A stretch of DNA of 29,062 nucleotides from Okeania sp. (GTDB lineage Bacteria; Cyanobacteriota; Cyanobacteriia; Cyanobacteriales; Microcoleaceae). Positions within the stretch are counted from its first letter, which is position 1. Each line of letters starts with the position of its first letter. Shown piece after piece: positions 24,045 to 29,062 of the stretch. The translations under genes were made by a program, and so were the position numbers. The notes under the pieces are model-generated. The model worked only from the letters and a program-made list of their open reading frames with translations. It searched no databases and was not told the origin of the DNA. The stretch lies in assembly GCF_035285525.1 (NCBI RefSeq), contig NZ_JAYKGW010000113.1:1-29062 (forward strand), in the 5' to 3' direction.

Positions 24045-26549
24045 ATGAACTCTAAACAGTTACAAAGGTTGTTAATCTTTTATTCTGCAGTAGGAATATT
24101 AGCTATTAGTATATTGGTAGCAATAATAAGTATATTTCCCCTTTCTGAACAACTTAGAAGGAATCAAGAAAGGAACTTACAGTCAGCTTTACGAACTAAA
24201 AGATTAACGGTTGAAGTATTTCTTTCTAGAGCTAAAGATATTGCTTCCCAAATTTCTAGTCGTACTCAAGCAAGAGTAAATTTAGAAATTTATAATCGTA
24301 ATCCAAATAATTCTGCTGTTGCTGTTTCTAAGGTGAAATTATATCTAACAGATGCTCTTAATCAGACTGAAGATGTAGTTGGAATTAGTCGTTTAGGTCT
24401 AGATAATAAATTAATAGTTGAACTTGGTATACCTATTCCTCAAAAATTTTGGAATTTGCCAGTTAAAAAAGCTAAAATCAGCAATCCAATTTCTATCGAT
24501 AATAAATTATATTTCATGATTACCCAACCAGTTCATAACTCACAAAAACAACGAATCGGTACAGATTTTGTTTTATTTAAAATGCAAGGTTTAGAAAAAA
24601 TTATCACAGATAATACGGGAGTAGGTAAGACTGGTGAAGTATTTTTAGGAACTTTAGAAAAACAACAACTCAAATTATTTTTATCATCGAAAAATCAAAG
24701 CAACAGTTTATCTGAATCAATTACTAAAGAGTTAGAAAAAACCTTATTTTCTCAAGATTCTGGAGTAATATTTGTCAAACCTAAATTTTGGAATTATGGT
24801 CAAATAATTGCTTATGAATCTCTATCAGAAGTAAATTGGGGACTAGCGATCGCCGTCGAACGTCAAGAATTGTATGCTCCAGTAAATCGTCAGCTTATTA
24901 CCATTGGAATTGTCATAATAGTTTTAAGTCTTTTGGGTACTGGTGGAATGATTGTACTACTCCATCCATTAACTGGTCAAGTAATTATTAAAACTGATGA
25001 ACTGGAAAAACAACTAGAAGAAAAAAATCAGGCTTTAAATGAGTTAAGTTATACTCAACAACAACTACTTTTGGAAATTCGCGACCGCAAAGAAAGCCAA
25101 ATTAAACTGCAAAATCATAATAGAATATTAATGGAACTTGTGCAAAATCGAGCTGTAAATCAAGGAGATTTGTTAACAGGTATTCAAGCAATTACGGAAG
25201 CTACAGCTAAAATATTAGAAGTTGAACGAGCCGGAGTTTGGTTGTATGACGACTCGAAAAATTATTTAAAATCTCTAAATTTGTACCAAAACCAACTCAA
25301 TGAACACATTAGAGAAACAAATCTTGATATGAAAAATTATCCTAATTATTTTCGAGCGATTAATTCACTACAAAATCATGGCATTATTGCAGCTAATGAT
25401 GCTCACAACGATCCTAGAACTAAGGAATTTTCTGAGACTTATCTCAAACCTTTAGATATTTTTTCTATGCTTGATGCTGGAGTTTGGATTGGTGGAGAGA
25501 TAGTGGGTGTTATTTGTATAGAAAAGTGCAGTGAAATAAAATATTGGACTGTTGAAGATGAATTTTTTGTACATTCAATTGCTAACCTAGTGTCTTTAGT
25601 AATTGAAGCTAGCGAGCGCAAACAAACTGAGAATGCTTTACGAGAATCAGAAGCTCAATTAAAAGTACAAAAACAAGAATTACAGGAAACTTTAAAAGAA
25701 CTAAAATCGACTCAAACTCAGATGATTCAAAGTGAAAAAATGTCTAGTTTAGGTAGAATGGTTGCTGGAGTTGCCCATGAAATTAATAATCCGGTTAACT
25801 TTATTCATGGAAATATTACTTATGCAAAAAATTATATTCAAGATTTGTTCGGTTTACTTCAACTTTATCAAAATTATTATCCCCATCCCCATCCTGAAAT
25901 TGAGTCAGAAATTGAAGCTATTGAATTAAATTTTCTCCAAGAAGATTTAAAAAAAGTTCTCACATCTATGGAAATTGGAACTGAACGGATTATAGAGATT
26001 GTTAAGTCACTACGAACTTTTTCCCGTTTGGATGAAGCAGAAATTAAGGAAGTAGATATCCATGAAGGAATTGATAGCACTTTAATGATTTTACAAAATC
26101 GCTTCAAACCTAAATCAGGATTTGTTGGTATTGAAGTAATTAAAGAGTATGGTCAACTTCCCAAAATTAACTGTTATGCAGGACAGATTAATCAAGTATT
26201 TATGAATATTATTAGTAATGCAATTGATGCCATTGAAGAGGTTCAATTTTCTCAATCTCGCTCAGAAAAAATGGGTGAGGTAGGTTGTATTAGAATTAAA
26301 ACTCAAGTAATAGAAAATAATTGGATAAAAATTTTGATTGCTGATAATGGGGGAGGAATGAGTGAAAAGGTTCAGTCTAATTTATTTGAACCTTTTTTTA
26401 CCACCAAATCTATTGGCAAAGGAACAGGATTAGGACTTTCCATTAGTTATCAAATTATTGTGGAAAAACATCAAGGAAAACTAGAATGTAATTCTCAGAT
26501 TGGAAAAGGTACAGAATTTATAATTATGATTCCGATTAAGTTAAATTAG
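24045..26549 (+). CDS. Sensor histidine kinase (two TM segments flanking a ~260-aa extracytoplasmic Cache-like region, then coiled coil, GAF, HisKA and HATPase_c)
   Basis: TM1 spans residues ~10-32 and TM2 ~284-306. The GAF-like block is residues ~360-522. H-box VAGVAHEINNPVNF (His578), N-box MNIISNAIDA, G1 ADNGGGM and G2 GKGTGLGLSIS are present. Confidence 0.85.
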   Translation: MNSKQLQRLLIFYSAVGILAISILVAIISIFPLSEQLRRNQERNLQSALRTKRLTVEVFLSRAKDIASQISSRTQARVNLEIYNRNPNNSAVAVSKVKLYLTDALNQTEDVVGISRLGLDNKLIVELGIPIPQKFWNLPVKKAKISNPISIDNKLYFMITQPVHNSQKQRIGTDFVLFKMQGLEKIITDNTGVGKTGEVFLGTLEKQQLKLFLSSKNQSNSLSESITKELEKTLFSQDSGVIFVKPKFWNYGQIIAYESLSEVNWGLAIAVERQELYAPVNRQLITIGIVIIVLSLLGTGGMIVLLHPLTGQVIIKTDELEKQLEEKNQALNELSYTQQQLLLEIRDRKESQIKLQNHNRILMELVQNRAVNQGDLLTGIQAITEATAKILEVERAGVWLYDDSKNYLKSLNLYQNQLNEHIRETNLDMKNYPNYFRAINSLQNHGIIAANDAHNDPRTKEFSETYLKPLDIFSMLDAGVWIGGEIVGVICIEKCSEIKYWTVEDEFFVHSIANLVSLVIEASERKQTENALRESEAQLKVQKQELQETLKELKSTQTQMIQSEKMSSLGRMVAGVAHEINNPVNFIHGNITYAKNYIQDLFGLLQLYQNYYPHPHPEIESEIEAIELNFLQEDLKKVLTSMEIGTERIIEIVKSLRTFSRLDEAEIKEVDIHEGIDSTLMILQNRFKPKSGFVGIEVIKEYGQLPKINCYAGQINQVFMNIISNAIDAIEEVQFSQSRSEKMGEVGCIRIKTQVIENNWIKILIADNGGGMSEKVQSNLFEPFFTTKSIGKGTGLGLSISYQIIVEKHQGKLECNSQIGKGTEFIIMIPIKLN

Positions 26550-26964
26550 GGTTTGCTGAAGGTAGGCAATGGGCAATATTTATAGCCGTTAATTGTTCTA
26601 AATTTTTCCAAGTTTTGTGAGAAAAAATCCAGAGTTTTTAAGGTTAATTTAGTAGTTTTTTGACACTTTTTATAACTAGAAAAATCCTTTAAGATTTGTA
26701 TATTAATACTTTGATATTTAATCAGCAAGCCCTAATTAATAATTGATAATTTCTACAATTAATTCTGGTTAAAAATGAAAGAATTGAATAGAAGGAAATA
26801 TTCTTTTTGTATTAGGCTTTATACCTTTATTTTTATGTAAAATTTATTGATAAAGTTAGTAACTATTTTCTGCGGAATGCTGCGCCAATAGCTTTTTAGT
26901 GAATGAAGTAACTATTATTTGGTATTAAATCACAATAACAGCGAGCTTGCTCTAAAAGTAATAA

Positions 26965-27006
26965 AGCTAATAGCTAATAGCTGATTGCTGAATGCTGAAT
27001 GCTTAA
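26965..27006. repeat. Heptamer tandem array (AGCTAAT/TGCTGAA-type)x6, STRR-like
   Basis: AGCTAAT AGCTAAT AGCTGAT TGCTGAA TGCTGAA TGCTTAA, ending 7 nt from the nagB-like stop codon. Confidence 0.85.
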
Positions 27007-27012
27007 AAGTAA

Positions 27013-27816
27013 CTATAAGAGGTTAGCAGAATCAGTATCTAAAAACAATATTGCCTGAGATTTTTGTCGTAAAATAGAAGCAGGACAAAATTGATTAATC
27101 GGATTATATAACATATCTTTAATTACTTTTGCCTTTCGCTTTCCTGGTGCAAAGCAAAGAATTTTTTTTGCTGAACAAATTGTGGGAATAGTTAATGTAA
27201 ATGCGTATTGGGGAACTGCATTAAGATTAGGAAAATGACCTTGGTCTACCTGTTGTTGACGATTAGTTATATCAAGTTTGACTAACTTCACTGTTCGAGA
27301 GTCATTAAAATTAGCTACAGATGGATCATTAAAAGCTATATGTCCGTTTTTTCCTACCCCTAAAAAAACTAAGTCGATAGGTTGAGAAGATAATAATTTA
27401 GTGTAGCGATCGCATTCTTCTAATGGTTCATTCACATCACCTTCAATATAATTAAATTGGTGAGGTTTAATAAATTTTTCTACTTTTTCCTGGAGATAAA
27501 AACGGAAACTTGCAGGATGATTTCCAGATATTCCTAGATATTCATCAAGATGAAATAAAGTTACTTTAGACCAGTCTATAGCACCTAAAGAAATTAAGTT
27601 TTGGAGAAACATAATTTGTGAATTTCCAGTTGCTAAAATAACAGTTGCTTTTCCCTGTTTAGTAATTAAATTTTGCAAATATTCTTGGGTAATATAAGCA
27701 GCATCTTGAGCCATTTTTGCTTCTTGATGATATACTTTGACTGATAGAGAATCAACAAAAAATGTTTTGATTGGTTGATAGAGTTCGGTTGTGTTATTGC
27801 TGAAATTAGAAGCCAT
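27013..27816 (-). CDS. nagB: Glucosamine-6-phosphate deaminase/isomerase family protein (NagB/Pgl superfamily)
   Basis: 267 aa. FHLDEY and GVGKNGHIAFNDP match the NagB signature blocks (FNLDEY, GIGxNGHIAFNEP). Confidence 0.7.
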   Translation of the reverse strand: MASNFSNNTTELYQPIKTFFVDSLSVKVYHQEAKMAQDAAYITQEYLQNLITKQGKATVILATGNSQIMFLQNLISLGAIDWSKVTLFHLDEYLGISGNHPASFRFYLQEKVEKFIKPHQFNYIEGDVNEPLEECDRYTKLLSSQPIDLVFLGVGKNGHIAFNDPSVANFNDSRTVKLVKLDITNRQQQVDQGHFPNLNAVPQYAFTLTIPTICSAKKILCFAPGKRKAKVIKDMLYNPINQFCPASILRQKSQAILFLDTDSANLL

Positions 27817-27819
27817 ATA

Positions 27820-27861
27820 ATAATTGATAATTGATAATGGATAATGGATAATTGATAATGA
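27820..27861. repeat. Heptamer tandem array (ATAATTG/ATAATGG)x6, STRR-like
   Basis: Units at 27820, 27827, 27834, 27841, 27848 and 27855. The array starts 4 nt upstream of the nagB-like ATG. Confidence 0.9.
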
Positions 27862-28031
27862 AAACTATAGCAATCGTAAATAGATAGTGAGATTTTATGG
27901 TAGGGGTTTGGTTGCCAAATCCCTTTGGGTTTTGGTTTGGATAATTGATAATGAAAACTATAGCAATCGTAAATAGATAGTGAGATTTTATGGTAGGGGT
28001 TTGGTTGCCAAATCCCTTTGGGTTTTGGTTT
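27848..28031. repeat. 93-bp tandem duplication (2 copies)
   Basis: ATAATTGATAATGAAAACTATAGCAATCGTAAATAGATAGTGAGATTTTATGGTAGGGGTTTGGTTGCCAAATCCCTTTGGGTTTTGGTTTGG occurs at 27848 and again at 27941. Confidence 0.9.
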
Positions 28032-28178
28032 TGAGACCAAACCCCTACAGTTTTTTTCACGAATAATTTCTGATAGCTATATCTCTGATTATAGTTAGCT
28101 GAAAAAGTCTTTTTTTCAAGGTATAAATCAAGAATCAGAATAACAAACCAGGTTTCTATTTAATCTTTGATGATGTGA

Positions 28179-29036
28179 TTATAAACTGTCTAAAAATCCC
28201 CCTACTATCTGATTAAACTTTTCCGGTTCCACCAAAAATGCCCAATGATTTCCCGGAATTTTTTCTACTTTTAAATTCCTTAAATACTGACGATAAGGTT
28301 TAACTTGCACATCACTTTTATTGACACCTTTTTCTGGTTGAATAAACAAAGTTGGTACATCAATATATTCTGTTAAACCAGGAACTCGCATCACTTCTGT
28401 AAATATTTCATTTCTAGCAGGAATCACAAATTTACTTCCCCACTTTCCATCAGCTTTTTTATCAATACTTTCCCGAAAAACTGTTTGTTGAAATTCGCTC
28501 CAACCAGCATATTTTCCTAACTCTTTTGCTTGAGTTTCTGCTTCAGCAAAACTATCAAACGGACCCATACCTTTGAGAGTTTCTAAAGTTCGATAAAGTA
28601 GAGGAAAAGTAATTTTAAGAAATCCAGGCATTTTGCCAATAAAAACTGGATCTGCCAAAATCATACTTTTAAATTTTTCCGGATTTTTTCTAGCCCAAAT
28701 ACAAGCTAATTTTCCCGTCCAAGAATGACCTAAAATATGAGCTGAAGACCAGTTTAAATATTTCATTAATGCTTCTAAATCGGCAATTGTTGTTTCAAAA
28801 CTATAATCAGTTTCTGGTTTTTCACTTTCTCCATGACCGCGCATATCTGGCGCGACAATATGATATTTATTTGCTAAATATTCTCCCAAACTTAGCCAGA
28901 CTAAAGCTGAATCTGCTAAACCATGTAATAATAAAAGTGGTTGTTTTTTTTCTTGACTTTCTTCTGTTTGCCATTCTAGATAAGAAAGTTGAATATTGGA
29001 TGAATTTAACGTTTTGCGATAATAAACCATAATCAA
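28179..29036 (-). CDS. Alpha/beta-fold hydrolase
   Basis: 285 aa with the LLLLHGLADS oxyanion region and a GHSWTG nucleophile elbow (G-x-S-x-G). The start could be the ATG at 29036 or at 29030. Confidence 0.75.
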   Translation of the reverse strand: MIMVYYRKTLNSSNIQLSYLEWQTEESQEKKQPLLLLHGLADSALVWLSLGEYLANKYHIVAPDMRGHGESEKPETDYSFETTIADLEALMKYLNWSSAHILGHSWTGKLACIWARKNPEKFKSMILADPVFIGKMPGFLKITFPLLYRTLETLKGMGPFDSFAEAETQAKELGKYAGWSEFQQTVFRESIDKKADGKWGSKFVIPARNEIFTEVMRVPGLTEYIDVPTLFIQPEKGVNKSDVQVKPYRQYLRNLKVEKIPGNHWAFLVEPEKFNQIVGGFLDSL

Positions 29037-29062
29037 AATATGAGAATTGAATCTATTAATTT

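Noticed and set aside
27666-28060. Minus-strand ORFs 27666-28040 and 27806-28060 encoding repeated peptides.
   Set aside because: Their internal repeats simply mirror the 93-bp tandem DNA duplication and the heptamer arrays. They also overlap the 5' end of the nagB-like gene out of frame.
25439-29032. Short ORFs 25439-25621(-), 25877-26107(-), 26546-26728(-) and 28769-29032(+).
   Set aside because: They are antisense to the histidine kinase or the hydrolase, or lie in AT-rich intergenic sequence. None shows motifs.

Overview
This window reads as a chromosomal segment from a heterocyst-forming (Nostocales-type) cyanobacterium, AT-rich. Evidence: I count 12 perfect HIP1 octamers (GCGATCGC, e.g. 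376, 1817, 7791, 8825, 10172, 10940, 12203, 14511, 20251, 21348, 24846, 27406), many STRR-like heptamer arrays, and intergenic regions packed with short dispersed hairpin repeats and small MITE-like elements.

Coding content is mostly housekeeping:
- recO, an MFS transporter, adenosine deaminase, purA, bL25, a PfkB adenosine-kinase-like gene and holB.
- A GST, a GHL10-family secreted glycosidase-like protein, a family-5 ABC substrate-binding protein and a MATE exporter.
- A Cache/GAF sensor histidine kinase, a NagB-family deaminase and an alpha/beta hydrolase.

The non-routine parts are:
1. A decaying type II restriction-modification module (4131-6481). The PD-(D/E)XK endonuclease carries an in-frame TAG and an in-frame 504-bp tandem duplication, while the C5 methyltransferase looks intact.
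2. A 708-aa fusion of a Hanks-type kinase-like domain, a Zn-ribbon-like motif and a roughly 290-aa glycine-zipper/WGG-repeat polytopic membrane region (21128-23254).
3. A C-rich 9-nt-periodic array that is open in several frames (18981-19097).
4. An unusual number of tandem duplications, with periods 42, 80, 504, 51, about 150, 297 and 93 bp.

I found no rRNA, tRNA or CRISPR array. All functional calls rest on motif recognition by eye; no database search was possible.
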